Below are positions 21,883 through 31,748 of a DNA stretch of 64,000 bases, one piece after another. The stretch is taken from contig CAVSXS010000007.1 in NCBI GenBank assembly GCA_963731975.1, positions 76,479 to 140,478 of the forward strand. Direction: 5' to 3'. The translations under genes and the position numbers were made by a program. Position 1 is the first letter of the stretch, and every line of letters begins with the position of its first letter. The notes beneath the pieces are model-generated. The model searched no databases. It worked only from the letters and a program-made list of their open reading frames with translations, and was not told where the DNA came from. This DNA is from an uncultured Chloroflexia bacterium (lineage in GTDB: Bacteria > Chloroflexota > Ktedonobacteria > Ktedonobacterales > Ktedonobacteraceae).

Positions 21883-22509
21883 TTGAGGCACCGAATTGCC
21901 GGTAATCGGATGAGCATGCCAGAGCCGCGCCGCCGCGCGGCACGTCGCAACATGATGGCTGGCCTCTTCCGTTATGACCGTATAAAAACGACCGAGGCAC
22001 GCGCCCGTGCCATTCATGGCGAGGCAGAAAAGCTCATCGCCACTGCTGTCAAAGGGCAAATAGCCGCCCGCCAGTACCTGGCATCGGTGGTGACTGACGA
22101 TGAGAAAGCCGAAGAAATACTGGCCTTTGCCCGGCGCGGGCGCTTCTCCTTCGATGGGAAAGTGTATTCCAACGAGGAGCGCGCCGAGATGGGCCTCGCA
22201 CCGTTGACCGACAAAGGACGTAAGTTCGCGGAGAAAAAGCTGAAAGACCGCCGCGAGGAACTGCTGCGCATCATCTCCAACGAAGATGACGCGGAGGAAG
22301 CACTACGCGCCGCGTACCAGGCAATGGCTATCGAACTGCATGCTCGCCGCCAGATTCTAAAGGCTCTGCCCGATGAGCTGGTCGTCAAGCGCATCTTCGA
22401 CGAGCTGGCCCCGCGCTATAGCACTCGCCATGGCGGGTATATTCGTATCACCAAGCTCGGCAAACGCCTGGGTGATGCCGCCGATATGGCGCAAATCTCC
22501 CTGGTGTAA
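21883..22509 (+). CDS. rplQ: 50S ribosomal protein L17 (with ~90-aa internal insertion)
   Basis: TTG at 21883 after GGAGG. (M)RHRIAGNR...RRNMMAGLFRYDRIKTTEARA...GGYIRITKLGKRLGDAADMAQISLV. Confidence 0.92.
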   Translation: MRHRIAGNRMSMPEPRRRAARRNMMAGLFRYDRIKTTEARARAIHGEAEKLIATAVKGQIAARQYLASVVTDDEKAEEILAFARRGRFSFDGKVYSNEERAEMGLAPLTDKGRKFAEKKLKDRREELLRIISNEDDAEEALRAAYQAMAIELHARRQILKALPDELVVKRIFDELAPRYSTRHGGYIRITKLGKRLGDAADMAQISLV

Positions 22510-22560
22510 CCATAGTGTAGAGGCGCAGGACACTGTGCCCCTATTGCCCGTTGAAAGACG

Positions 22561-23367
22561 ATGAAACTTGCATGTGGCATTGAGTATGACGGCACCGGCT
22601 ACCACGGCTTCCAGCGCCAGGCCGAAACGCAGGGCCTGACCATTCAGGGAACGTTGGAGGCGGCCATCGCCCGCATCTCTCAGGAGGCGGTGACGGTGTA
22701 TGGCGCGGGTCGTACCGATGCCGGTGTGCATGCCAGCGGCCAGGTGATCCACTTCAGCACCGGGGCGAGCCTCTCGCCACAGGTGTGGATGCGGGCCATG
22801 AATGCAGTGCTGCCGCAGAGTATTTCGGTGCGCCGGGTCCAGGCGGTGCCGGATACGTTTCACGCGCGCTATGATGCGTTGAGCCGGTCGTATCGCTACA
22901 CGATCTGGAACGACGAAGCGCCGTCGGCCCTGCGGGCGCGCTATAGCTATCATTATGCAAGACCGCTCGATGCGGAGAGGATGGATGAGGCATGTCGGCT
23001 GCTGCTGGGACGCAAAGACTTCGGAGCGTTCGGGCGCAGTCCTGACGAGGGCAACCCGCTCAGACCGGGACCTCACTCGTGCGTGCGCAACATGCTCGCC
23101 GCCTCCTGTCGGCGCGAAGATGCATCTATCTATTGTGATGTGACTGCAGATGCCTTCCTCACGGGGATGGTTCGCAGAATTGTTGGAACACTGTTGCTCG
23201 TAGGGCAGAAGCGACTTAGCCTTGATGCCTTTGCCGCCATCGTGCAACGCGCTGAAAAGACGCACCCTGGTTCATCGGCTCCATCATACGGGCTATGCCT
23301 TGTAAGGGTGATGTATCCGAACGGATTTTTACAATTGGAGAGAACGGACAATGATGAAAACATATAG
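22561..23367 (+). CDS. truA: tRNA pseudouridine(38-40) synthase
   Basis: [20 protein letters not shown]...[15 protein letters not shown]. Confidence 0.95.
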   Translation: MKLACGIEYDGTGYHGFQRQAETQGLTIQGTLEAAIARISQEAVTVYGAGRTDAGVHASGQVIHFSTGASLSPQVWMRAMNAVLPQSISVRRVQAVPDTFHARYDALSRSYRYTIWNDEAPSALRARYSYHYARPLDAERMDEACRLLLGRKDFGAFGRSPDEGNPLRPGPHSCVRNMLAASCRREDASIYCDVTADAFLTGMVRRIVGTLLLVGQKRLSLDAFAAIVQRAEKTHPGSSAPSYGLCLVRVMYPNGFLQLERTDNDENI

Positions 23368-23845
23368 CGCGAAGGCCGCTGAACTGCAACCACAGTGGTA
23401 CGTCATCGACGCGGAAGGGCAGGTGCTCGGTCGCCTGGCATCGCAGATCGCGCAAATCCTGCGAGGCAAGCATAAGCCGACTTTCACGCCCAATCTGCTG
23501 TGCGGCGATTTTGTGGTCGTGATTAACGCCAGGAAGATCGCGGTGACGGGCAGGCGTCTGGATCAGAAGATTTACTATCGGCATAGCCAGTACCCCGGCG
23601 GCCTGAAGCAGAAGACCCTGCGCCAAACTCTGGAAGGAAAGTTCCCTGAGCGCGCCCTGGAGCACGCGGTGAAGGGCATGGTCATGCACAACCGCCTGGG
23701 CGCGAGGATGATGAGCCGCCTCAAAATTTATGAGGGGCCAGAACACCCGCACGCGGCACAGATGCCGATTACCTGGACGGGGCCTGAGTCGTTGTTGAAG
23801 CAGGAGCCAGCCGATCAGAGCGCCGATAGCGTGGCGGCAGAATAA
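23351..23845 (+). CDS. rplM: 50S ribosomal protein L13
   Basis: ...[33 protein letters not shown]... Overlaps the truA end by 17 nt. Confidence 0.96.
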   Translation: MMKTYSAKAAELQPQWYVIDAEGQVLGRLASQIAQILRGKHKPTFTPNLLCGDFVVVINARKIAVTGRRLDQKIYYRHSQYPGGLKQKTLRQTLEGKFPERALEHAVKGMVMHNRLGARMMSRLKIYEGPEHPHAAQMPITWTGPESLLKQEPADQSADSVAAE

Positions 23846-23860
23846 AAAGGAGAATCGACA

Positions 23861-24271
23861 GTGGCCGATACCATCAAAGGTGAGTACTTCTATGGCATGG
23901 GGCGTCGCAAAACGGCTGTAGCTCGTGTGCGCCTCTTCCCCAATGGTGATGGCAGCATCACCATCAATGGCAAAGCCTCCCGCCAGTACTTCGGGACGCG
24001 CGAAGCCTTCACAGCGACCATGACCGCCCCCATGCGCTTGCTCGAAGTGGGCAGTGACTATACCATGACCGTGCGTGTCGTCGGCGGCGGCGTGAGCGGC
24101 CAGGCCGGCGCCATTCGCCACGCTGTGGCTCGCGCCCTGCTGCGCGTCAACCCCGAATGGAAGCCAGCACTGCGCAAAGCCGGCTACCTCACACGCGACC
24201 CGCGTATGAAGGAACGCAAAAAGCCCGGCCTCAAGCGCGCCCGCAAGGCTCCACAATACACAAAGCGCTAA
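23861..24271 (+). CDS. rpsI: 30S ribosomal protein S9
   Basis: GTG start after AAAGGAG. ...GRRKTAVARVRL...GGGVSGQAGAIRHAVARAL...PQYTKR. Confidence 0.97.
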   Translation: MADTIKGEYFYGMGRRKTAVARVRLFPNGDGSITINGKASRQYFGTREAFTATMTAPMRLLEVGSDYTMTVRVVGGGVSGQAGAIRHAVARALLRVNPEWKPALRKAGYLTRDPRMKERKKPGLKRARKAPQYTKR

Positions 24272-24299
24272 TCATTTTCGCGGCATTCATAAAGATTTC

Positions 24300-24434
24300 G
24301 TAGGAGCCGGTTTACCGCGCTCAGCCAGCCCATTTATGGGCGCGAAAGGTGGCTTGCAACGCTAGTGGGCGGGTCTGGTAACCACGCCTCGCGCCCATGA
24401 ATGGGCTAGTTGAGCGCGGTAAACCGGCTCCTAC
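24300..24434. repeat. 135-nt imperfect palindrome (~53-nt arms) downstream of rpsI
   Basis: GTAGGAGCCGGTTTACCGCGCTCA...TGAGCGCGGTAAACCGGCTCCTAC. Each arm contains its own GCCCAT-NN-ATGGGC mini-palindrome. Confidence 0.85.
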
Positions 24435-24560
24435 GACGTATGTCCGCATTACTTCGTCAATGTGCATAACCGCCCCCTTCGTTATTAGGGATAGGTAAAC
24501 CGGCCATTACGTTTTAAGGAAACGGTAATCGTAGGGGAACAGGTAAAAAGGGGAACATCA

Positions 24561-25532
24561 ATGCAGGCAATTCGCATTCATGAAACGGGTGGCCCGGAGG
24601 TCATGCGGTTGGAAGAGGTGGAAACGCCCACACCAGCACAGGGCGAGGTACTCGTCAAAATCGCGGCGGCGGGCATCAACTATGCCGACCTGGCGCAGAG
24701 GCGGGGAGCCTATCTGACGCGAACACAGACCCCGATGACGTTGGGCCTCGAGGTTGCCGGCACGGTTGCCGCGCACGGTCCAGGTGTCAGCGCGCCACCC
24801 GTGGGGACGCGCGTGATCGCCTTCGTGAATGGGGGCTATGCCGAATATGCGATCGCGTCGGCTACCGCACTGATTCCCATCCCCGAAAGCCTCGATTTCG
24901 CTCATGCTGCCGCCTTTGCCGTGCAGGGACTGACGGCCTATCAGACGCTGCGCGAGTCAGGCCGTCTCCAGCCGGGAGAAAGCGTGCTGGTGCATGCCGC
25001 GGCGGGCGGCGTCGGAACCCTCGCCGTCCAGCTTGCCAGGTTGATGGGAGCAGGCCAGGTGATCGGAACGGCCAGCAGCGAACGCAAGCTTGAGCTCGTG
25101 CGCCGCCTGGGGGCCGACACAGCCATTGATTACACCCAGGATGATTGGGTTGAGCAGGTGCAGAAGGCCACAGGGGGACGCGGCGTCGATATCGTGCTGG
25201 AGGTAGTGGGAGGCAGTGTTGCCGAAAAGAGCCTGCAATGCCTGGCTCCCTTTGGCCGCATGGTCATTATCGGCGCGGCAAGTGGCGAGCGCCCCCAGTT
25301 CTCCGGCGTCCAGCTGATGTATAAGAATCTGTCTGTGGTCGGATACTGGCTTTCCGCCTGGATGAGTCGGCCTGAGAAAATTGCCGTGGCCACCGTCGAA
25401 CTGATGCAGTTCTTAGCCCACGGCTCGTTAGAGATCGTCGTCGGCCAGACGTTCCCGCTGGCACAGGCGGCAGACGCGCACCGCGCCATCGCCGAGCGCA
25501 CGACCACCGGGAAAGTGGTGCTGCTGGTCTGA
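24561..25532 (+). CDS. NADPH:quinone oxidoreductase / zinc-type alcohol dehydrogenase superfamily (MDR) protein
   Basis: 323 aa. ...EVLVKIAAAGINYADL...VLVHAAAGGVGTLAVQLA... is a typical Qor-like MDR fold. Confidence 0.85.
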   Translation: MQAIRIHETGGPEVMRLEEVETPTPAQGEVLVKIAAAGINYADLAQRRGAYLTRTQTPMTLGLEVAGTVAAHGPGVSAPPVGTRVIAFVNGGYAEYAIASATALIPIPESLDFAHAAAFAVQGLTAYQTLRESGRLQPGESVLVHAAAGGVGTLAVQLARLMGAGQVIGTASSERKLELVRRLGADTAIDYTQDDWVEQVQKATGGRGVDIVLEVVGGSVAEKSLQCLAPFGRMVIIGAASGERPQFSGVQLMYKNLSVVGYWLSAWMSRPEKIAVATVELMQFLAHGSLEIVVGQTFPLAQAADAHRAIAERTTTGKVVLLV

Positions 25533-25534
25533 TC

Positions 25535-26512
25535 TTATATCTCAGCGTTCTTTCTCATCACCTGGGCTTGCTGCCCTTGAGCGCTTGTCTCATTCTCATA
25601 CACGGGCGTACACCACTGCTGGCGATACTCGGCGCGGCGACCGCGCACAACGTCGAAGTACATCTCCTGGATGGCACGGCTGATGGGGCCGATCTGCCCA
25701 TCGCCAACGGAACGGTGATCGACGCTCACAACGGGAGCGATCTGCGCTCCTGTGCCGCAAAGGAAGATTTCGCTGGCGACGTAGAGTTCCGTGCGGTCGA
25801 TCTGCCGCTCGCGGGTGATGCGCCCAAGTTCTCGTAGCGCCAATTCCATCACGGTATCGCGCGTAATGCCCAGCAGGATATTTTCGGAGACGGAGGGCGT
25901 CACCAGCTCGCCGTTGATGACCAGGAAGATGTTTTCCGCGCTTCCCTCAGAGACATGCCCCTCGTTTGTCAGCATGATGGCCTCGTCGAAACCGTTCTGC
26001 ATCGCCTCGCTTTTGGCAAAGGCCGAATTGACATACGCGCCGGAAATTTTCCCTCGCGCCGGTATTGCGTTGTCGTCGATGCGCCTCCACGAGGAGACGG
26101 TGCAGCGCATCCCACTTGTATCGATATAATCGCCCATCGGCTCGGCGGTCAGGATGAAGTCGCTCGAAAGATCATGCAGGCGCACGCCGATCACCTGGTC
26201 GCCTTTGTAGGCCATAGGCCGCAGGTAGACATTCTGGTGGAAGTCGTTACGCCGCACCAGCTCAATGCTCAACTCGACGAGCTGATCGACGCTATAGGGC
26301 AGCGTGATTTGTAGAATCTTACAAGAGTTCAGTAAGCGCTCGAAGTGCTCTCGCACTCGGAACAGGAAAACCTGCTCCTCTTGCTCGTTCCAGTAGCCGC
26401 GAATGCCTTCGAAGCAGCCTGTGCCATAGGAAAACCCATGTGTCCTGACGGAGATGACACCCTTCTCGGCGGGGATGAACTCGCCATTCATAAACAAAGT
26501 TTTTGCGTTCAT
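25535..26512 (-). CDS. ilvE: branched-chain-amino-acid aminotransferase (class IV)
   Basis: 325 aa. ...HGFSYGTGCFEGIRGYW...NLYLRP-like YLRPMAY...GITRDTV... blocks. Confidence 0.9.
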   Translation of the reverse strand: MNAKTLFMNGEFIPAEKGVISVRTHGFSYGTGCFEGIRGYWNEQEEQVFLFRVREHFERLLNSCKILQITLPYSVDQLVELSIELVRRNDFHQNVYLRPMAYKGDQVIGVRLHDLSSDFILTAEPMGDYIDTSGMRCTVSSWRRIDDNAIPARGKISGAYVNSAFAKSEAMQNGFDEAIMLTNEGHVSEGSAENIFLVINGELVTPSVSENILLGITRDTVMELALRELGRITRERQIDRTELYVASEIFLCGTGAQIAPVVSVDHRSVGDGQIGPISRAIQEMYFDVVRGRRAEYRQQWCTPVYENETSAQGQQAQVMRKNAEI

Positions 26513-26814
26513 TGTCTGTTCGGTACGCTGTCCCTGGACAACGTACCCCTCCTTTGTCAGCGATTCTACAAATCATGTGCTGGATAGTACCAGGATATGG
26601 AACGGTAATGCCCTCATTATATGCAGGCGGGTGGCTCGTTGTCGAGAGCCAATGCCATTGGCTTCTGAAAGTCAATGGCGAAGCGTTGTGAAATCCAACT
26701 ACATCAAGGCGTAGTTCAATATAAAGGCATGTTCGCTTGCTCACTTCGTAGCATGGATGAAGCGCAGCGCGCACGCCCCTCTCGAAGGCTTGACACCAGA
26801 AAGTGAGATAGTTT

Positions 26815-28479
26815 GTGCATCAATCAACTTCCTATAGCCATAAAAGGCGCGACCGGCATCGCCCGGTTTTGTTGATGTGCCTGAGCATCCTGGCGGTGAT
26901 TGTAGCTGCCTGTGGAGGTAGTTCGACCGTCAATCCAACGCCAGGCACAACGCCAGCGCTGGCCGCCAACCAGGTGTTGACGTTCCCCAACGTAGGCACC
27001 TCCGACATTGGCGTCATGGACCCGGCGCTGGGGCCAGATGCCAACTCGGCTGTTGCCGTTGGTATGGTGTATAGCGGATTGGTAAAATTTGATAAGAATC
27101 TGAACGTGGTACCAGATCAGGCCACCTGGACTATTTCGCCTGATATGAAGACCTACACGTTCACCCTCAAGCCCGGCATCACCTTCTCCGATGGCACGCC
27201 GGTCACGGCGCAGACCTACGTCTACACGCTCACACGCGCCCTGTTGCCAGCCGCTAATTCGCCTATCGCCACCTTCTTTCTGGGTAACATCGTCGGCGCG
27301 GACAGTGTCAACAGCGGCAAGGCGAAGACCCTGGCAGGCGTCAAGGCCCTCAACGATACGACTTTGCAGATCACCTTAACCCAGCCAGCCCAGTATTTCC
27401 TGGATATTATGGCGAACTCGATTGCCTTCCCGCTCAATCAGAAGATCATCGAGAAGTACGGCGAGAAGAACTGGTCGCTACAGGTGGCGGGAAACGGCGT
27501 CGGCACGGGTCCGTTCATGGTCAAAGAGTGGGATCACAACGTCAAGATGGTGCTGGTACCCAATCCAAACTGGTATGGCGCGAAGACAAAGCTCAAAGAA
27601 GTAGATATGCTGTTCGTCAACGATCCCTCCACGGCATTTAAAGCTTACCAGGCCGGACAATATGCCTTCACCTGGAATGTCACTGCCCAGGACCTCTCTA
27701 CCGCGAAGGGACTACCTGGCTATACGTCTAATTCGCTGCTCCAGACCGATCTGCTATTCTTCGATAACACGAAGCCGCCCTTCAACAATGTCGCGGTACG
27801 CCAGGCGTTTGCCTACGCCACCGACAAAACTACCCTTGCCAACACGGTTTTCAAGGGCGCGGCTGTTCCGGCTCCCACGATCATTCCACCTGGAATGCCC
27901 GGCTACCAATCGAACTATACCGGCATTCCCTACGATAAGAGCAAGGCAAAATCCCTGCTGCAATCGGTCTATCCTGATCTGAGCAAGGTGCCGCAAATCG
28001 TCTTTTCATATCCGAACTCACAGGTTTCCCCGGCTGAGGCTGAGGTGTTGCAGCAGATGTGGCAGTCTGCGCTGGGCATCCAGGTCAAGCTCAACTCCGT
28101 TGAGCTGAATGCTTACAACCAGGAGACGACCGCGCAGCCGCCTGTCATCCAGTTCGGCTTCACGCAATGGACGGCTGACTATCCAGACCCGTATGATTGG
28201 CTGGCCCTCAATCTGCTCTCGACCGCCAGCAACAATAGCGGCGATTGGCACAACTCGCAGTTCGACCAGACCATTGCGCAGGCCGAGCAAACAACAGGCC
28301 AGGCGCGCATCCAGCTCTATAACCAGGCCGAGAATATCGCCATCGAGAACGTGGGCTGGCTGCCCGTCGACCACGAAGCGCTCTCCGCCATTATCCCTTC
28401 CTGGGTGCATGGCGTTAGCCTGAACAACACCGGCCTCTACTTCGGTGACTGGTCGGACGCCTACCTGCTGCAACACTGA
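26815..28479 (+). CDS. ABC transporter substrate-binding lipoprotein, peptide/nickel (family 5, OppA/DppA-like)
   Basis: 554 aa. Lipobox LAVIVAACGG. Length and blocks typical of SBP_bac_5. GTG start is uncertain. Confidence 0.85.
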   Translation: MHQSTSYSHKRRDRHRPVLLMCLSILAVIVAACGGSSTVNPTPGTTPALAANQVLTFPNVGTSDIGVMDPALGPDANSAVAVGMVYSGLVKFDKNLNVVPDQATWTISPDMKTYTFTLKPGITFSDGTPVTAQTYVYTLTRALLPAANSPIATFFLGNIVGADSVNSGKAKTLAGVKALNDTTLQITLTQPAQYFLDIMANSIAFPLNQKIIEKYGEKNWSLQVAGNGVGTGPFMVKEWDHNVKMVLVPNPNWYGAKTKLKEVDMLFVNDPSTAFKAYQAGQYAFTWNVTAQDLSTAKGLPGYTSNSLLQTDLLFFDNTKPPFNNVAVRQAFAYATDKTTLANTVFKGAAVPAPTIIPPGMPGYQSNYTGIPYDKSKAKSLLQSVYPDLSKVPQIVFSYPNSQVSPAEAEVLQQMWQSALGIQVKLNSVELNAYNQETTAQPPVIQFGFTQWTADYPDPYDWLALNLLSTASNNSGDWHNSQFDQTIAQAEQTTGQARIQLYNQAENIAIENVGWLPVDHEALSAIIPSWVHGVSLNNTGLYFGDWSDAYLLQH

Positions 28480-28653
28480 ACGCGCCTTGCCTCGGCCACA
28501 ATTGAGGTGTTATACTACCTTCAGAATATGGATAAGGCCCGCCTGACTTCCTCCGGCGGGCTTTCATGTGTAGCCACATGACTTTGTTGAAGCAGAGACG
28601 CTTCTGTGTGCTATGTTGCAGTATGACCAATGACCGGTCAAGGAGGTACATCT

Positions 28654-29910
28654 ATGGCAGTTGAAATGGAAAACCCCTATGACGTTGCAGTCTCCCAGTT
28701 CGATGAAGCCGCCGATCGCCTGGGACTTTCACAGGCGATGCGCTCCATTTTGCGCAAACCTAAACGAGAGTTGATTGTGAATTTTCCCGTGCGTATGGAC
28801 AACGGCGACGTTGAGATGTTCACGGGCTACCGCGTGCAACACAACATCAATCGCGGCCCGGCCAAAGGCGGCATCCGCTTCAGCCCCCAGGTCTCGCTGG
28901 ACGAGGTACGCGCGCTGGCGATGTGGATGACCTGGAAATGCGCTGTGGTGGGCATCCCATTTGGCGGCGCGAAGGGCGGTGTCATCTGCGACCCGCACCA
29001 CATGTCTCGCGCCGAACTCGAACGCCTCTCGCGCCGCTACGCGACCGAAATCTCCATCTTGATCGGCCCCGACAGCGACATTCCCGCCCCCGACATGAAT
29101 ACCAACCCGCAGATCATGGCCTGGATCATGGATACGTACTCAATGCATATGGGCTACTCTATCCCAGCCGTCATCACGGGCAAACCTCTGGCCATCGGCG
29201 GCAGCGAGGGACGCCTGGAAGCTACTGCCCGGGGCGTGCTGGTGGTAACGCGCGAAGCCATGCGCGACCGCGGCCTGAATCCGGAGGAGTGCTCGGTCGT
29301 CGTGCAGGGCTTCGGCAACGTGGGCAGCATCACGGCGCGCCTGCTTAGCGATGAACTGAAGTGCAGGATCGTCGGTCTGAGCGACATCTCCGGCGGCGTT
29401 TACAATCCGCGTGGTATCGATGTGCATCGCGCGCTGCGCCACTCCAAAGAGCATGGAGCGCTGAAGGGTTTGATCGATACCGAGCCTGTCACAAATTCCG
29501 AGTTACTGGAGCTTCCCTGCACCGTGTTGATCCCCGCCGCGCTTGAGAACCAGTTGACGGGCAAAAATGCAACGCGCGTCAAAGCCAGCCTGGTGATCGA
29601 AGCCGCCAACGGCCCGACCACGCCGGATGCCGACCGCATCCTGAACGATCGCGGCGTGACGATTGTACCCGACATCCTGGCGAACGCTGGCGGCGTGACC
29701 GTCAGCTACTTCGAGTGGGTTCAGGACTTGCAGCGTTTCTTCTGGGCCGAAAACGAGATCAATAGCCGCCTGGAAAGCATTATGTCGCGCTCTTACGACG
29801 CGGTGCGCCAGAAAGCCTTTGAGCAGGAGACCAACCTGCGCATGGGCGCGTACCTGCTGGCCGTCGCCCGCGTCGCCGAAGCCACCGAGATTCGCGGCGT
29901 GTATCCGTAA
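28654..29910 (+). CDS. gdh: Glu/Leu/Phe/Val dehydrogenase (glutamate dehydrogenase-like)
   Basis: ATG at 28654 follows AGGAGG. GPAKGGIRF...PFGGAKGG...GFGNVG motifs. Confidence 0.92.
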   Translation: MAVEMENPYDVAVSQFDEAADRLGLSQAMRSILRKPKRELIVNFPVRMDNGDVEMFTGYRVQHNINRGPAKGGIRFSPQVSLDEVRALAMWMTWKCAVVGIPFGGAKGGVICDPHHMSRAELERLSRRYATEISILIGPDSDIPAPDMNTNPQIMAWIMDTYSMHMGYSIPAVITGKPLAIGGSEGRLEATARGVLVVTREAMRDRGLNPEECSVVVQGFGNVGSITARLLSDELKCRIVGLSDISGGVYNPRGIDVHRALRHSKEHGALKGLIDTEPVTNSELLELPCTVLIPAALENQLTGKNATRVKASLVIEAANGPTTPDADRILNDRGVTIVPDILANAGGVTVSYFEWVQDLQRFFWAENEINSRLESIMSRSYDAVRQKAFEQETNLRMGAYLLAVARVAEATEIRGVYP

Positions 29911-29925
29911 CCGGAATGAATCAAA

Positions 29926-31728
29926 TTATACGGTTTCTATCGCTACAATGCGCAGGCGTACATCGCGCCGTTCCTCGCCGCCGGATTGGATCGGAAACGA
30001 TTCGAGGCAGAAGACCAGGTTAACATGCGCGCCCTCAGGAAAGTCAGCGATGCGCGAACCGGCGCGCAGGAACGTGCCGGTGAAGGCCGTGCCGTTGACC
30101 CGCAGGTTCAGGCGCAGGTGCCTATTTTCCGGGCCGGTAAGCCAGCGCCGGGTGATGTGTGCGTTGTTCAATTGGAAAGTGGGTTCTGGATTGCCCGCTC
30201 CATAAGGGGCGAGAAGATCAACGGAGGTAAAGGCGTCGTAGGTGATCTGCGCCTCTGGTTTTGTGATGAGTAGATCAACCATGTGTTTCGAGAGGATGCT
30301 CTCGCCGTCGGCTGCCCCTCCGGGGAGAGCGAGAACAGTATCCGCTTCGGAGACAGGCTGGCTATGCGTGCCGTTGCCTTTTCCTGTCCAGGTGAGCAGG
30401 TGCTGATGGAGTTCGTCGATGTGAGCGTTGGCGATCGTGAAACCCGCCGCCTGCGCGTGACCGCCGTGCCGCTCGAAGAGATCAGCGCGCTCTCGCAGCG
30501 CCTCGATCAGGTTGTAGTCGCCGGGGCTGCGCGCTGAGCCTCGGCTGGTCTCGCTATCCTGGCTCAGCACGAAGACCGGGCGGCGAATTTCCTCGGAGAG
30601 CCTGCCTGCTACCAGCCCGATGATGCCTTCCGGCCACTCGTCCTTTTTGCCATAGACCAGGATCACCGCGTTGTCGGATTGTTCCTTCGCCTGCTCTCGC
30701 ACGCGCAACATAAGCTCCTCGGTTAGAAGCTGGCGCGATTGATTCAGCGCTTCGAGTTCATTCGCCCTGGCTCGCGCCTCGCTCTCGTCGTCGGTCGTCA
30801 GTAGTTCGAAGGCGATGCCGGCGTGCTTCATACGCCCTGCCGCGTTGATGCGCGGCCCCAGCGCGTAGGAAATATCGCGCTCGCGCAACTTGCCGGGTTG
30901 CCGGCCAACGATCTGCACCAGTGCGCGTAGGCCAGCGTTTGTCGTCTGATTGAGTTGTTGCAATCCCAGGCGTACCAGCGTATGATTTTCCCCAAGCAGC
31001 AGCGCCACGTCGCCAACCGTGCCAATGGCCACGAGATCGAGCAGGTCGCGCGCCTCGGCCTCGTCACGACCATACTCCACAAACAACGCCTGCGCCAGCT
31101 TAAAGGCCAGCCCTGCACCGCACAGGTACCTTTCCGGGTAGGTATTGTCGCTGCGCCAGGGATTGACCAGGGCAAAGGCCGGGGGCAATTGTTCGGGCGG
31201 CTGATGATGGTCGGTCACGATCACGTCGATGCCCCGACTCGCGGCGTAGGCGATCTCCTCGACATCCGAGCTGCCGCAGTCGGTGGTGATGATGAGCGAT
31301 GTTCCCCTATCGGCGAGCCTTTCCAGCGCGTCCTTGCTCAGGCTGCGCGCGTCTTCCAGCCGGTGTGGGATGAAGTAGTCCAGCGTTGCGCCCGGCTGCT
31401 TGAGTCTGCGCAGAGCGCGCGTGAGAAGTGCGGCGGAAGTCACGCCATCCGCGTCGAAGTCCCCGTAAACGGTGATGTGCTCGCCTGCATCGAGCGCGTG
31501 TTTGATGCGATCAACTGCCCGCCGCATGTCGTTAAGCAAGAAGGGATCGAGTAGCTGATCAAAGCGAGCGTCCAGAAAGCGCCGCATGGCTTCAGGCGAA
31601 GTGATACCCCGGTTGGCCAGCAATTGCGCGTAGAGATACTCGATACCGGCAGCCTGGAATGGCTCGTACTGTTCCCTGGTCAGGGGTGGGTAGATACTCC
31701 AGGAGGAAACTGGCAACTGCTCAGCCAT
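29926..31728 (-). CDS. recJ: single-stranded-DNA-specific exonuclease RecJ
   Basis: 600 aa. DHH motifs ITVYGDFDADGVTS and VIVTDHHQP, plus a DHHA1 region. Confidence 0.93.
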   Translation of the reverse strand: MAEQLPVSSWSIYPPLTREQYEPFQAAGIEYLYAQLLANRGITSPEAMRRFLDARFDQLLDPFLLNDMRRAVDRIKHALDAGEHITVYGDFDADGVTSAALLTRALRRLKQPGATLDYFIPHRLEDARSLSKDALERLADRGTSLIITTDCGSSDVEEIAYAASRGIDVIVTDHHQPPEQLPPAFALVNPWRSDNTYPERYLCGAGLAFKLAQALFVEYGRDEAEARDLLDLVAIGTVGDVALLLGENHTLVRLGLQQLNQTTNAGLRALVQIVGRQPGKLRERDISYALGPRINAAGRMKHAGIAFELLTTDDESEARARANELEALNQSRQLLTEELMLRVREQAKEQSDNAVILVYGKKDEWPEGIIGLVAGRLSEEIRRPVFVLSQDSETSRGSARSPGDYNLIEALRERADLFERHGGHAQAAGFTIANAHIDELHQHLLTWTGKGNGTHSQPVSEADTVLALPGGAADGESILSKHMVDLLITKPEAQITYDAFTSVDLLAPYGAGNPEPTFQLNNAHITRRWLTGPENRHLRLNLRVNGTAFTGTFLRAGSRIADFPEGAHVNLVFCLESFPIQSGGEERRDVRLRIVAIETV

Positions 31729-31748
31729 AGGTGCCTCACATCTCTCTA

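Noticed and set aside
22357-24256. Two long minus-strand ORFs (302 and 346 aa) across truA-rplM-rpsI.
   Set aside because: They are antisense to three confidently identified genes and have no domain signatures. They are a GC-driven absence of stop codons.
26319-26774. 151-aa minus-strand ORF spanning the ilvE start and its upstream region.
   Set aside because: It is out of frame with ilvE, with poor coding statistics (mixed third positions) and no RBS. The region is better explained as the ilvE 5' leader and divergent promoter.
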